A DNA stretch of 64,000 bases, taken from the NCBI GenBank assembly GCA_026387455.1, contig JAPLLR010000016.1:6358-70357 (forward strand), written 5' to 3'. The translations under genes and the position numbers were made by a program. Numbering within the stretch: the first letter of the stretch is position 1; each line of letters starts with the position of its first letter. Source of the DNA: Candidatus Omnitrophota bacterium. GTDB taxonomy: Bacteria > Omnitrophota > Gorgyraeia > Gygaellales > Profunditerraquicolaceae. Positions 38,507 to 49,596 of the stretch are shown piece after piece. The notes under the pieces were generated by a model. It was not told the origin of the DNA. It was given only the letters and a program-made list of their open reading frames with translations, and did not search any database.

Positions 38507-40159
38507 ATGCGATCAGACATAATCAAGAAGGGTTTGGAACGCGTTCCACATCGGGCTTTATTACATGCTACGGGGTTATCTCGTAAGGATCTGGATCGGC
38601 CGTTTATCGGCGTAGCCACATCTTTTACTGATCTTATCCCCGGTCATATCGGCATGCGTGATCTGGAGCGTTTTATTGAGCGTGGGATCTGCTATGGCCA
38701 GGGCGTGCCATTTCTTTTTGGCGTTCCAGGTATTTGCGACGGAATCGCTATGGGCCATTTGGGAATGTGTTATCCTTTGGCGCTTCGTGAGATCGTGGCT
38801 GACACCATTGAGACTGTTTGTAACGCCCATCAGCTTGACGGAATCGTGTGTCTGACTAACTGTGATAAAATCACTCCCGGTATGCTTATGGGGGTGGCGC
38901 GATTGAATATTCCGGCGATCGTGGTCACTGCCGGCCCGATGTTATCCGGAAGGTATAACAAAAGAAAACTGGCTTTTGTGCACGATACATTTGAAGCAGT
39001 GGGGTTAGCTAGAAAAGGCGCGATTTCCCAAAAAGAGCTTACTTGTTTAGAAATGGAAGCTTGTCCGGGCGCTGGTTCTTGCCAGGGCCTCTACACTGCA
39101 AACACTATGGCTTGTCTTACCGAGACAATGGGTATGTCTTTGCCGGGCTGCGGTACAGCTTTGGCGGTTTCCGCCAAGAAGCGTCGCATTGCTCAGGAAA
39201 GCGGCGAGCGTATTGTGGAGCTGGTGAAGAAAAATATCAAGCCGCGTGACATTATCACCAGGCAGTCTTTGGAAAACGCCATTGTGGTGGATATGGCTTT
39301 GGGCGGCTCAAGCAATACAGTCTTGCATCTCATGTCTATTGCTCATGAAGCGGGCATTAATTTGGATCTTAAAACTTTTGATAAGATCAGCAAAACAACC
39401 CCGCATATCGCAAGCATTGAGCCTGCGGGTGATCATTATATGGAAGATGTGGAGTATGCCGGCGGGATTCCCGCGGTGTTAAAGCGCTTAAAATCAAAGT
39501 TAAATAATACTTTGAATGTCAGCGGCAAAAAGACATTTCAGATCGCCGAGGAAGCTCGGATTTATGATGAAGATGTGCTTCGCCCAGTTAATAAAGCGTA
39601 TCATAAACAAGGCGGTATTGCCGTGCTTTACGGAAATCTTGCTCCGGATGGAGCGGTAGTGAAGCAGTCGGCGGTTAACGAAAAGATGATGCGTTTCTGC
39701 GGAAGGGCGCGCGTGTTTAACCGCGAAGAAGAGGCGATGAGCGCGATCATGAGTAAAAGGATAAAGTCAGGGGATGTGGTGGTTATTCGTTATGAAGGTC
39801 CTGCGGGCGGTCCGGGTATGCGTGAGATGCTTGCCCCAACTTCGGCGATCGTGGGTTTAGGATTAGCGGATTCCGTGGCTTTGATCACTGACGGCAGGTT
39901 CTCCGGAGGCACCAAAGGCCCGTGCATCGGACATGTTTCTCCTGAGGCCTCCAGCGGTGGTCCGATAGGATTGTTAAAAGACGGCGATATCATCTCTATT
40001 GATATTCCGAACAGAAAGATAGATGTGAGGTTGTCCAAATCAGAGATGGAAAAGAGGCGTAAGAACTGGAAGGTGGTCCCGCCGAAAATCAAGACCGGGT
40101 ATCTTTCCAGATATTTAAGGTTAGTGAGCTCTGCGGATAAGGGAGCGATATTGAAGTAA
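38507..40159 (+). CDS. ilvD: Dihydroxy-acid dehydratase.
   Basis: Matches the IlvD/Edd family, including the CDGIAMG and cysteine cluster motifs. Confidence 0.9.
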   Translation: MRSDIIKKGLERVPHRALLHATGLSRKDLDRPFIGVATSFTDLIPGHIGMRDLERFIERGICYGQGVPFLFGVPGICDGIAMGHLGMCYPLALREIVADTIETVCNAHQLDGIVCLTNCDKITPGMLMGVARLNIPAIVVTAGPMLSGRYNKRKLAFVHDTFEAVGLARKGAISQKELTCLEMEACPGAGSCQGLYTANTMACLTETMGMSLPGCGTALAVSAKKRRIAQESGERIVELVKKNIKPRDIITRQSLENAIVVDMALGGSSNTVLHLMSIAHEAGINLDLKTFDKISKTTPHIASIEPAGDHYMEDVEYAGGIPAVLKRLKSKLNNTLNVSGKKTFQIAEEARIYDEDVLRPVNKAYHKQGGIAVLYGNLAPDGAVVKQSAVNEKMMRFCGRARVFNREEEAMSAIMSKRIKSGDVVVIRYEGPAGGPGMREMLAPTSAIVGLGLADSVALITDGRFSGGTKGPCIGHVSPEASSGGPIGLLKDGDIISIDIPNRKIDVRLSKSEMEKRRKNWKVVPPKIKTGYLSRYLRLVSSADKGAILK

Positions 40160-40350
40160 ATCTGCCCCGCCTCATAAACGCCGCAAAGTTTCTCGGCGCT
40201 TCGCGCCAGTAAACCTTGCTGGCATTCGGCGGGATTAAGCCCCTTCCTTATAGGAGAGGAAGGGCTACCCATTTTGGGTAATTCGCGTTTTGACTTACTC
40301 ACACCGCCTGCCTGCGGCAGGCAGGTGTTCGTAAGTCAAGCGTTCATTAA

Positions 40351-42015
40351 ATGACTGGCGCAGAAATATTATTAGAGAGTTTAAAGCGCGAAGGGGTAGA
40401 GGTGATGTTCGGCTACCCCGGAGGCCAGGTGCTGCCTATTTTTGATAAACTTTATGATTCGGATATTAAGTTTATTCTTACCCGTCATGAGCAGGGAGCA
40501 GCTCATGCTGCCGACGGTTACGCCCGCGCCACCGGCAAGCCCGGGGTGTGTCTGGCTACTTCCGGCCCGGGTGCTACGAATCTGGTGACCGGAATCGCCA
40601 ACGCCTGCATGGATTCTATTCCTATGATAGCTATCACCGGCCAGGTGAAGACTTTTCTTATAGGTAACGACGCTTTTCAGGAAGCGGATGTGACCGGGAT
40701 CACCCGCCCTATCACCAAGCATAATTATCTGGTTAAAGATGTGAAAGAGCTGGCTTCTACTATACGTGAGGCTTTTTATATCGCAACCAGCGGAAGGCCG
40801 GGGCCGGTGCTTATCGATATCCCTTCTGATGTGCAGCTTGCGGATACGGAATTTATCTGGCCTGAGGTTCCCGAGATACGTAGCTACAAACCGACTTACT
40901 TCGGTCATCCCGGACAAATCAAAAAAGCCGCTAAATTAATCTCTGACTCAAAAAGGCCTATCCTATATATAGGGGGAGGAGTGATTTCTTCAGGCGCGCA
41001 TAAGGAATTGCGCATTTTGGCGGAAAGCCTTAAGGCTCCCTTGACCTGGACCCTGATGGGTATAGGTGCTTTTCCTGGTGATCATGAATTGTCTTTGGGG
41101 ATGCTGGGTATGCATGGCACAGCTTACGCTAACCACGCTATTATGGAGTCAGACCTGATTATCGCTATAGGCGCCCGTTTTGACGATAGGGTGACCGGAA
41201 GAATAGATGCTTTTGCACCGCACGCCAAGGTGATCCATATTGATATTGATCCTTCTTCTATAAGCAAGAACGTAAGAGTGGATATACCGATTGGGGGAGA
41301 CGCCAAGAATATAATTGGCGAGCTGCTTGAGCAGATCAAGAAAGCTCCAGATACTACAGAGTGGCTTAAGACTGTGGAGTTGTGGAAAAAGAAATATCCC
41401 ATGAAATATAAGGATGAGGGCAAGCTTAAGCCGCAGTATGTGGTGGAAGAGATTTATAATCTGACCAAAGGAGATGCCATTATTACCACCGAGGTGGGGC
41501 AGAATCAGATGTGGGCTGCCCAGTGGTATAAGTATAATCATCCGCGTACTTTTATTTCTAGCGGTGGATTAGGCACTATGGGTTTTGGATTTCCGGCGGC
41601 AATGGGCGCTAAAGTTGCTTACCCGGAAAAACTTGTGTTTGATATCGCCGGAGACGGCTCAATACAGATGAATATTCAGGAATTGGCTACTTGTGTTGCG
41701 AATAAGATACATGTGAAGGTAGCGATCCTTAATAACGGATATTTAGGCATGGTGCGCCAGTGGCAGGAGCTTTTTTATAAGCGCCGTTATTCGCATGTGG
41801 CTATCACGGCTCCGGATTTTGTTAAGCTTGCGGAAAGTTTTGGTGCGGTAGGTATTCGCGTGACTAAGAAAGAAGAAGTGCGGGGTGCACTTGAGAAAGC
41901 AGCCAAAATTGACAATACCGTGTTCATTGATTTTGTGGTGGAGGGAGAGGAGAATGTGTATCCCATGGTTCCAGCGGGAAAGGCCATCAACGAAATCATC
42001 GGAGGTCTAGCTTAA
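40351..42015 (+). CDS. ilvB: Acetolactate synthase large subunit (biosynthetic type).
   Basis: Matches the ThDP-dependent enzyme family ([12 protein letters not shown]...[14 protein letters not shown]...[12 protein letters not shown]). Confidence 0.9.
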   Translation: MTGAEILLESLKREGVEVMFGYPGGQVLPIFDKLYDSDIKFILTRHEQGAAHAADGYARATGKPGVCLATSGPGATNLVTGIANACMDSIPMIAITGQVKTFLIGNDAFQEADVTGITRPITKHNYLVKDVKELASTIREAFYIATSGRPGPVLIDIPSDVQLADTEFIWPEVPEIRSYKPTYFGHPGQIKKAAKLISDSKRPILYIGGGVISSGAHKELRILAESLKAPLTWTLMGIGAFPGDHELSLGMLGMHGTAYANHAIMESDLIIAIGARFDDRVTGRIDAFAPHAKVIHIDIDPSSISKNVRVDIPIGGDAKNIIGELLEQIKKAPDTTEWLKTVELWKKKYPMKYKDEGKLKPQYVVEEIYNLTKGDAIITTEVGQNQMWAAQWYKYNHPRTFISSGGLGTMGFGFPAAMGAKVAYPEKLVFDIAGDGSIQMNIQELATCVANKIHVKVAILNNGYLGMVRQWQELFYKRRYSHVAITAPDFVKLAESFGAVGIRVTKKEEVRGALEKAAKIDNTVFIDFVVEGEENVYPMVPAGKAINEIIGGLA

Positions 42016-42488
42016 TGCGTCATACGATCTCAGTATTGGTAGAAAATAAATTCGGAGTGCTTGCCCGCGTGGCTGGTTTATTCAGCGCTCGTGGTTACAA
42101 TATCGCGTCATTAGCGGTTTCTGAAACGCTGGATCCGTCTATTTCTTATATGACTATTGTAGTCGAGGCTCAGGATGAAAAGATCCTGGAGCAGATCAAT
42201 AAGCAGCTGAATAAGCTAATTGACGTCATCACCGTGACGGATTTTACCAAAAAAGCGCACATTGACCGCGAGATGGTTATGGCCAAGGTGGAATATTCTC
42301 CTAAAGATAAAGCTAAGCTGGAGAGTATATTTGATAAGTATGTAGGTAAGATCATCAAGGCTAAGGCTGGGATCGCGATCATCGAGGCGGTGGGTGATCA
42401 GGCTCAGATCAAAGGGCTTTTAGAGCAGTTGGATAAGTTTGGGGTGAAAGAGCTAGTTCGGACAGGTAGATTGGCGATAGCTGAATAA
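42015..42488 (+). CDS. ilvN: Acetolactate synthase small (regulatory) subunit.
   Basis: The ACT domain HTISVLVENKFGVLARVAGLFSARGYNI is followed by the C-terminal domain. Confidence 0.9.
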   Translation: MRHTISVLVENKFGVLARVAGLFSARGYNIASLAVSETLDPSISYMTIVVEAQDEKILEQINKQLNKLIDVITVTDFTKKAHIDREMVMAKVEYSPKDKAKLESIFDKYVGKIIKAKAGIAIIEAVGDQAQIKGLLEQLDKFGVKELVRTGRLAIAE

Positions 42489-42507
42489 CTAAACAACGGA
42501 GGAAGAG

Positions 42508-43503
42508 ATGGCTAAAATTTATTACGATAAAGATGCCGATTTGAATTTACTTAAAGATAAGACTATTGCTATTATTGGTTATGGAATTCAGGGTCGCGGG
42601 CAGTCATTGTGCCTACGTGATTCCGGCTGTCGGGTAGTAGTTTCTGAGATGGAAGGCACTACGAATTACGAGCAGGCAAAAATTGACGGATTTACTCCGG
42701 TAACTGCTGCTGAAGCTGCCAAAGCCGCGGATATTATCCAGATCCTGACTCAAGATCATGTGCAGGCCAAAGTTTATATTGAGTCCATTAAGCCAAGCCT
42801 AAAAAAAGGTAAGGCATTATGTTTTTCCCACGGATTTAATATTAGGTTCAAGCAGATCAAGCCGCCGAAAAACGTGGACGTGTTTATGGTGGCACCCAAG
42901 GGTCCCGGCGCATTAGTGCGCAAGATGTATGAAGAGGGTAAAGGCGTTCCCGGATTGATCGCAGTTTATCAGGATGCCACAGGTGAAGCAAGGCAGCTGG
43001 CACTTGCTTATGCCAAGGCGATCAAGGCTACTACTGCAGGAGTAATTGAGACTACTTTTGACGAAGAAACAGAGACCGATCTTTTCGGCGAGCAGGCAGT
43101 TCTTTGCGGTGGAGTATCTGAGCTAATAAAAGCTGGATTTGACACCCTGATCGAAGCAGGGTATCAGCCTGAGATTGCATATTTTGAAGTTCTGCATGAG
43201 TTAAAACTTATCACCGATTTGATCCAGGAAAGAGGGATCTCCGGGATGCGTCGCGGAGTCTCCAATACCGCTTGCTATGGTGATTTGTCTCGCGGTCCGC
43301 GCGTGATAACCGCAAAGACTCGTAAAGAAATGAAGAAGATGCTTAAAGAAATAAAGAGCGGAAAGTTTGCTAAAGAGTGGATCAAAGAGAACGAAGACGG
43401 CAGGCCGAATTTTAATAGATTGTTAAAAGAAGGAGATGATCATCTGATTGAGAAGGTGGGACGAGAGCTACGTGAGATGATGCCTTGGATGAAGAAGGGT
43501 TAA
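42508..43503 (+). CDS. ilvC: Ketol-acid reductoisomerase.
   Basis: [21 protein letters not shown] and the rest of the class I KARI pattern. Confidence 0.9.
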   Translation: MAKIYYDKDADLNLLKDKTIAIIGYGIQGRGQSLCLRDSGCRVVVSEMEGTTNYEQAKIDGFTPVTAAEAAKAADIIQILTQDHVQAKVYIESIKPSLKKGKALCFSHGFNIRFKQIKPPKNVDVFMVAPKGPGALVRKMYEEGKGVPGLIAVYQDATGEARQLALAYAKAIKATTAGVIETTFDEETETDLFGEQAVLCGGVSELIKAGFDTLIEAGYQPEIAYFEVLHELKLITDLIQERGISGMRRGVSNTACYGDLSRGPRVITAKTRKEMKKMLKEIKSGKFAKEWIKENEDGRPNFNRLLKEGDDHLIEKVGRELREMMPWMKKG

Positions 43504-43525
43504 ATTCTCCTAAAAGACAAAAATC

Positions 43526-45034
43526 ATGCCAGAGAAAATAATTATATTCGACACAACATTACGCGACGGAGAGCAGGCTCCGGGAGCATCGCTCACCTCC
43601 CAGCAGAAGTTGGAGATTGCTTTTCAGTTGGAGAAGCTTGGCGTGGATGTCATTGAGGCAGGTTTTCCTATTGCCTCGCCTGATGACTCCAGGGCTGTTT
43701 CCATGGTGGCTAAGAATATTAAAAACAGCGTTATTTGCGGACTGGCCCGTTGTCTTAAGCAGGATATTGACGCAGCACACGCTGCTTTAAAAAACGCAAA
43801 ACATCCGCGTATCCATTTGTTTCTGGCTACTTCTAAGATCCATCTGCAGTATAAATTCAAGAAAGCTGAAGATGAGATACTGGAAATCGCCAAATACGCC
43901 ACTAAGATGGCGCGTAAACTTTGCGCGGATATTGAATTTTCTCCTGAGGATGCCACCCGCTCCGAGCGCGATTTTCTTTTTCGGGTGATTGAAGCGGTGA
44001 TCAATGAGGGCGCACGCACTATCAATATCCCGGATACTACTGGTTACAGCTATCCGCAGGAAGCCTTCTCGCTGATTACGGATATCAGAAATAACGTTCC
44101 GAATATACATAAGGCAGTGATCGCTACCCATTGCCATGATGACCTGGGCATGGCGGTTGCAAATTCTCTTTCTGCGGTATTGGCCGGGGCTCGGCAGGTT
44201 CACTGCACCATCAATGGTATTGGCGAGCGCGCAGGCAATGCTGCGCTTGAAGAAATCGTGATGGCTATTAAGACCCGTAAAGACGCTTTCAACGGATTGT
44301 TTACCCAGATAAATACAAAAGAACTTTTTCGCACCTCGCGTTTGGTGAGTAATCTTACTGATTTTATTGTCCCCTGGAATAAAGCTATCGTCGGTAAAAA
44401 CGCTTTTCGTCATGAATCAGGAATTCATCAAGATGCCGTGCTTAAGAAGCGCATCACCTATGAGATCATGGATCCTAAGGACGTAGGCATTGCCGAAAGC
44501 CAGCTGGTTCTGGGAAAACATTCCGGCAGGCACGCGTTTAAAGACAGGCTAAAGACTCTCGGGTTTCATTTAAGCGATGAGCAGTTGGAAAAAGCTTTTA
44601 TACGTTTTAAAGAAGTCGCGGACAAGAAAAAAGATATCTTTGATGATGATTTGCGTACAATAGTGCAAGATGAGATCAGCGTAATCAAGCCTATTTGGCA
44701 GCTTAGCAGTTTTGAAGTAAATTCCGGCACTAAAGTCAAGCCTCAGGCCACAGTTTGCCTGCTTAAGAAAGGGAAAGATTGTTGTGGAACATCTTCGGGT
44801 GACGGCCCGGTAGATGCCTGTTTTAAAGCTATTGATAAAGTCACCGCCTATAAAGCAAGGCTTGAAGATTTCCGTCTGGAAGCAGTCACTTCCGGAAAAG
44901 ACGCGCTGGGACAGGTTAGCCTTAAGCTTAGAATCAAAGATAAGATCATCGGCGGTCGCGGCTCAAGCACTGATATCATCGAAGCAGCTATCCGCGCTTA
45001 TCTTGACGCCGTAAATAAATTAGAGAGCAAATGA
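43526..45034 (+). CDS. leuA: 2-isopropylmalate synthase / citramalate synthase family.
   Basis: IFDTTLRDGEQAPGASL, the HCHDDLGMAVANS motif and the C-terminal LeuA-dimer domain. Confidence 0.8.
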   Translation: MPEKIIIFDTTLRDGEQAPGASLTSQQKLEIAFQLEKLGVDVIEAGFPIASPDDSRAVSMVAKNIKNSVICGLARCLKQDIDAAHAALKNAKHPRIHLFLATSKIHLQYKFKKAEDEILEIAKYATKMARKLCADIEFSPEDATRSERDFLFRVIEAVINEGARTINIPDTTGYSYPQEAFSLITDIRNNVPNIHKAVIATHCHDDLGMAVANSLSAVLAGARQVHCTINGIGERAGNAALEEIVMAIKTRKDAFNGLFTQINTKELFRTSRLVSNLTDFIVPWNKAIVGKNAFRHESGIHQDAVLKKRITYEIMDPKDVGIAESQLVLGKHSGRHAFKDRLKTLGFHLSDEQLEKAFIRFKEVADKKKDIFDDDLRTIVQDEISVIKPIWQLSSFEVNSGTKVKPQATVCLLKKGKDCCGTSSGDGPVDACFKAIDKVTAYKARLEDFRLEAVTSGKDALGQVSLKLRIKDKIIGGRGSSTDIIEAAIRAYLDAVNKLESK

Positions 45035-45873
45035 CCCATCAGAAGATTTTTGGCTTGATCGGCTATCCGGTCAAACATAGTCTTTCCCCCTTGATGCACA
45101 ATGCCGCATTCTCCCGCTTTAAAATAAAAGCAAAATATAAACTTTTTCCCCTAGAAGAACGCCAGCTTAAGGATTTTCTTTCCGGCTTAAAGAAAAAAGG
45201 TATTTGCGGCTTGAATGTCACTATTCCCTATAAAGAGAAGGTGCTTGATTATATCAAGTCCACTTCTGAGGGGGTGCGGATAATTAGAGCGGCAAATACT
45301 CTAGTTATCGATAAAGCCGGTAAAATAAGAGCGCATAATACTGACTGTTTGGGCTTTGCCCGGCATGTCAAAGAATTAAAAGTTAAGCCTAAAAAAGTTG
45401 CGATTATTGGGGCAGGGGGAGCGGCTAAAGCTGTAATCTTTGCTCTTATTAAACTTAAAGCGCAGGAGATTTGTATTTACGATATTGATAAATTCCGCGT
45501 CCTGGCTTTGGTGAAAAGATTTAATCAGTTGTTTTCCGGCGGTCGGGTGAGGGCAGTGGCGTGCATAGATGAGCTTTCACTTTCGGACAAAGATCTATTG
45601 GTCAATACTACACCTATCGGCATGAGGGAAACTGATCCTTTGCTGATCGAGCCGCGCAATTTACATAAAGATCTTTTTGTCTATGATCTTATTTACAATC
45701 CGGCTGAGACTAAGCTGTTGAGTACGGCCAAAGTTGCCGGGTGCAGGTATTCAAATGGGTTAGGAATGCTTTTATATCAGGGGGTGGAGGCGTTGGAGAT
45801 TTGGTTAAAACCAAAGAAAGCGCCGGTGGAAGTGATGCGTGCGGCGCTTCTAAAAGGAGTCAGTAAACTATGA
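45031..45873 (+). CDS. aroE: Shikimate dehydrogenase.
   Basis: FGLIGYPVKHSLSPLMHNAAF and NVTIPYKE motifs. Confidence 0.85.
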   Translation: MTHQKIFGLIGYPVKHSLSPLMHNAAFSRFKIKAKYKLFPLEERQLKDFLSGLKKKGICGLNVTIPYKEKVLDYIKSTSEGVRIIRAANTLVIDKAGKIRAHNTDCLGFARHVKELKVKPKKVAIIGAGGAAKAVIFALIKLKAQEICIYDIDKFRVLALVKRFNQLFSGGRVRAVACIDELSLSDKDLLVNTTPIGMRETDPLLIEPRNLHKDLFVYDLIYNPAETKLLSTAKVAGCRYSNGLGMLLYQGVEALEIWLKPKKAPVEVMRAALLKGVSKL

Positions 45874-46679
45874 TTGGGAGCATTATTGCGTTTTTATTCG
45901 GTTCGATTATCGGAAGTTTTTTGAATGTCTGTATCCATCGTATGCCTACGGGTGAATCAGTAGTCTGGCCAAGTTCTCACTGTCCGCACTGTAAGAAGCG
46001 TATCCCGGCTTATGATAATATTCCCTTTATAAGCTTCTTAATGCTTGGCGGTAAATGCCGGTTCTGTAAAATTGGTATATCCTTACGTTATCCGTTGGTA
46101 GAATTACTTACCGCGGTTATGTTCGTGATACTTTTTCGGCGCTATGGCTTAAGCTACGATTTTTTCTGCTACGTGGTATTTACCTGCGGTCTGATCATCG
46201 CCACTTTTATCGATATTCCGCACCGTATCATTCCTGATGAGATCTCAGTCGGCGGCTTGATAATTGGTTTTATCCTTGTTTCGGTCAAAGGTTTTAATTT
46301 TAACCCTTTCAGTTTCAGCTTCAAGCCTATGCTGAATTCTTTACTCGGTATTCTTATAGGTGGAGGGATAATCTATCTTACAGGATATATATTTGACTTG
46401 GTTTACTTTAAGTTGTTAAAGCGGCCTCCTATACAGGGAGAGACGGAGTCCATGGGCGGAGGGGATGTTAAGCTTTTGGCTATGTGCGGAGCGTTCCTTG
46501 GCTGGCAGAAGGCAGTGCTTACCTTTTTTCTTGCTCCGTTCTTTGGGGCAGTAATCGGGATCATTAATTTGGTGACTAAAAAAGACCACACCATTCCATA
46601 CGGCCCGTTTTTATCTTTGGCGGCTTTGATTTCTTTATTCTGGGGCAACGGGCTTATCGAATTCTTTATCGGACGATGA
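45870..46679 (+). CDS. pilD: Prepilin peptidase (A24 family).
   Basis: The N-terminal Cys-rich zinc region (CPHCKKRI...CRFCK) is followed by a polytopic membrane domain with catalytic Asp motifs. Confidence 0.8.
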   Translation: MIGSIIAFLFGSIIGSFLNVCIHRMPTGESVVWPSSHCPHCKKRIPAYDNIPFISFLMLGGKCRFCKIGISLRYPLVELLTAVMFVILFRRYGLSYDFFCYVVFTCGLIIATFIDIPHRIIPDEISVGGLIIGFILVSVKGFNFNPFSFSFKPMLNSLLGILIGGGIIYLTGYIFDLVYFKLLKRPPIQGETESMGGGDVKLLAMCGAFLGWQKAVLTFFLAPFFGAVIGIINLVTKKDHTIPYGPFLSLAALISLFWGNGLIEFFIGR

Positions 46680-48475
46680 GCATTGATTCTCTTGATAAAT
46701 GGAACAGGATTGGCCGTCAAAAGCGTTCTGGTGTACTGGTTCCACTATTTTGCATATATTCAAAGAACAGCATCGGTATTGGAGATTTCTCGGATCTGAA
46801 ACTGTTGGTTGATTGGGCAAAAGAAACTGGAAATTCTATAATCCAGCTTCTTCCCATGAACGAGGTGGGTTCGGTTTTTTGCCCTTATGATGCCCTGAGC
46901 GCTTTTGCGCTTGAACCTTTATATTTATCCTTCAGCGATATTCCCGCCGCTCAGGGTGCGGTATTCTCTACCCTAATCGCTCAACTTAAGAAAAAATATC
47001 CTGCCGGAAAGCCCCACATAAATTACGCCATTAAAAAAGAGAAGATCGCGCTTTTAAGAGAAATATTCTCCGGTGAGTATGGCCGCGAGAGCGCAGATTT
47101 TCAGTGTTTCATGGATAGCCAAGGGTACTGGTTGGATGATTTCGCGCTTTTTAAGGCTTTAAAGAATTTTCATCATGATGCTGCCTGGTTTGACTGGCGC
47201 GATGAGTATAAATACCGCGACCGGCAATCTATTCAGCGTTTTCGCATTGAGCATGACCAGGAGATCGCTTTTCAGAAATGGCTGCAGTGGCAGACGTATC
47301 TGCAGTTTAGGGCTACTAAAGCTTATGCCGCCAAGAAGAATATTCTTTTAAAAGGAGACTTGCCGATTTTGGTCTCCCGTGATTCTGCGGATGTTTGGCA
47401 GCATGCGGAGTTTTTCAGGTTGGAGTTTGCCGCCGGTGCGCCACCGGATATGTACTGCGCCAAAGGCCAGCGCTGGGGCATGCCCACCAACAACTGGGAA
47501 CAGATTCGCGCTGACGGGTTTAGGTATATTTGCGAGAAGCTTAAATACGCAGGAAATTTCTACGACATCCTGCGCATTGATCATGCGGTGGGGTTATTTC
47601 GTATCTGGAGCATCCCTTATGATGATGCACCAGAGAATCATGGTTTAAACGGTTTTTTTGATCCAGGAGATGAAGGCTGTTGGGGAGCTCAGGGAAGAGG
47701 TATCTTAGAGACTATGCTTTCTAATACCGGGATGCTGTTGTGCGCCGAAGATTTAGGGATTATTCCGCGGGTGTGTATTGATACTTTAAGAGATTTAGGT
47801 ATCCCGGGAAATGACGTGCAGCGTTGGGTAAAAGACTGGGATAACCGCCACGATTTTCTTGAGCCTAAAGAATACCGCGAGCTTTCGGTGGCCATGCTTT
47901 CAACGCATGATACTACCAACTGGCCGGCTTGGTGGGAAAATGAGGCGGGTACGGTTGATGAAGCTCTTTTTATGCGTAAGTGCAAGGAGCGGAGCATTGA
48001 CTATGAGTTTGTGCGCAGGCAATTGTTCGATCAAAAGCTTTCCGGCCACGGTAGGCTGCGCTGGAAATCCAACGTTGATTCCGTGGATAAGCTCTGCGGT
48101 GTTCTTGGAAAGCGCAAAGAAGAAGTGAATGATTTTGTGGATCTATATCTTAACACTTATCAGGAGAAAGTTAAGCTTTGGAAGCATCTCGGTTTCTCCG
48201 GCGCAATGCGAGAGAAATGGGATAGCAAGATCACCGAGGCTGCACTTACGGTGTCTTTGCAATCCAAGGCGATATTCTGCATTAATACGGTTTTTGACTG
48301 GCTGTATCTGACGGATTGCTTCTCAGGAGATCCTTACCAATACCGAATCAATACCCCCGGTACCATCAGCAAGTCTAATTGGTCTTTGACCATTCCCGTT
48401 CCCCTCGAGAGATTGATTAAGGATAAGGTAAACAAAAAAATCCTCACCCTGGTCCAGTCTTCGGGCAGAAAATAA
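46676..48475 (+). CDS. malQ: 4-alpha-glucanotransferase (amylomaltase, GH77).
   Basis: GDFSDLKLLVDWAKETG...LLPMNE; IDHAVGLFRIW; the overall GH77 pattern. Confidence 0.8.
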   Translation: MSIDSLDKWNRIGRQKRSGVLVPLFCIYSKNSIGIGDFSDLKLLVDWAKETGNSIIQLLPMNEVGSVFCPYDALSAFALEPLYLSFSDIPAAQGAVFSTLIAQLKKKYPAGKPHINYAIKKEKIALLREIFSGEYGRESADFQCFMDSQGYWLDDFALFKALKNFHHDAAWFDWRDEYKYRDRQSIQRFRIEHDQEIAFQKWLQWQTYLQFRATKAYAAKKNILLKGDLPILVSRDSADVWQHAEFFRLEFAAGAPPDMYCAKGQRWGMPTNNWEQIRADGFRYICEKLKYAGNFYDILRIDHAVGLFRIWSIPYDDAPENHGLNGFFDPGDEGCWGAQGRGILETMLSNTGMLLCAEDLGIIPRVCIDTLRDLGIPGNDVQRWVKDWDNRHDFLEPKEYRELSVAMLSTHDTTNWPAWWENEAGTVDEALFMRKCKERSIDYEFVRRQLFDQKLSGHGRLRWKSNVDSVDKLCGVLGKRKEEVNDFVDLYLNTYQEKVKLWKHLGFSGAMREKWDSKITEAALTVSLQSKAIFCINTVFDWLYLTDCFSGDPYQYRINTPGTISKSNWSLTIPVPLERLIKDKVNKKILTLVQSSGRK

Positions 48476-48484
48476 ATTTTAATC

Positions 48485-49150
48485 ATGACAAAGCGCAAAT
48501 TCAAGCCGGCTGCGGTGATATTCGATATGGACGGCGTGCTGGTAGATTCTATGCCGTATCACTTTATCGCCTGGTACGAGGCGCTGCAGCCTTTGGGTAT
48601 CCGGGTGAGTGCCTTTGAGGTGTATGAGAGGGAAGGAGAGCGCTGGGAAAAGTCTTTGCGTGATTTTATCACGCAGGGCGGGCTTAAACCCACCCCGGAG
48701 CTGATGAGGAAAGTATTCCTGCGCCGTCGCAGGATTTTTCGCAAATATTTTAAACGCACAATATTCTCCGGGGTAGAAGAGTGTTTATGCGCATTGAAGA
48801 AAAAGGGTTTAATTCTCGGGATTGTTACCGGCACACCCATGCCGCAGCTGAAAAAAATACTCCCACGCAAGATACGATCCTATTTCGATACTATTGTTAC
48901 CGGAGATTTGGTGAAAAAAGGCAAGCCGCATCCCGAATCATTTTTAAAGGCAGCAAAGAGTCTTAATTTAAAGCCATTCCAGTGCCTAGTCATTGAGAAT
49001 GCGCCTCTTGGTATCAAATCCGCAAAGGCAGCGGGTATGTATTGCCTGGCCATCACCACAAGCCTCCCGAAAGCCTACCTTATGGAAGCGACTACGGTAG
49101 TAAGCAGTCTTAAAGACGTCGTCGCGGTTTTAGGGCGTTTTCGAAAATAA
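48485..49150 (+). CDS. HAD-IA family hydrolase (beta-phosphoglucomutase/phosphatase-like).
   Basis: AVIFDMDGVLVDS motif I and later HAD motifs (GIVTGT; KGKPHPE). Confidence 0.7.
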   Translation: MTKRKFKPAAVIFDMDGVLVDSMPYHFIAWYEALQPLGIRVSAFEVYEREGERWEKSLRDFITQGGLKPTPELMRKVFLRRRRIFRKYFKRTIFSGVEECLCALKKKGLILGIVTGTPMPQLKKILPRKIRSYFDTIVTGDLVKKGKPHPESFLKAAKSLNLKPFQCLVIENAPLGIKSAKAAGMYCLAITTSLPKAYLMEATTVVSSLKDVVAVLGRFRK

Positions 49151-49228
49151 ATAAAAATCCCTATTGCAAAATTCTGAAATCGTGCTAATATCGAGTTATT
49201 ATTCTACAGCTTTTATTTTTTTGGGCAG

Positions 49229-49591
49229 ATGATGATGAAACGCAAAAGCAAAATAAAAGTTCCGTATTACGAGCATCTGATGGCTGATTTGGAGACCGGC
49301 TGCATCGTCGATGATATTCAGCAAGTCGAGGATATTCTTTACGTGGCCGCAAAGAAAGCCAATAGTACTCCGTTAAAAGTCGCGGTGCATAAATTCTCCC
49401 CTCATGGCATAACCGGCGTGATCCTCCTCGCCGAATCCCACATCGCAATACACTCCTGGCCTGAGTTCAATTACCTTGCCGTAGATATTTTCACCTGCGG
49501 TAGGAATGGCCGGCCGCGCAAAGCTTTGGAGTATATTCAGAAGTGCTTCCAAGCCAAGGAAATAAAAGTCCAGGAAATAAAAGAAGGATAA
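49229..49591 (+). CDS. speH: S-adenosylmethionine decarboxylase proenzyme (SpeH type).
   Basis: GVILLAESHIAIHSWPEFNYLAVDIFTCG is the class 1 AdoMetDC self-processing region. Confidence 0.8.
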   Translation: MMMKRKSKIKVPYYEHLMADLETGCIVDDIQQVEDILYVAAKKANSTPLKVAVHKFSPHGITGVILLAESHIAIHSWPEFNYLAVDIFTCGRNGRPRKALEYIQKCFQAKEIKVQEIKEG

Positions 49592-49596
49592 CCCCC

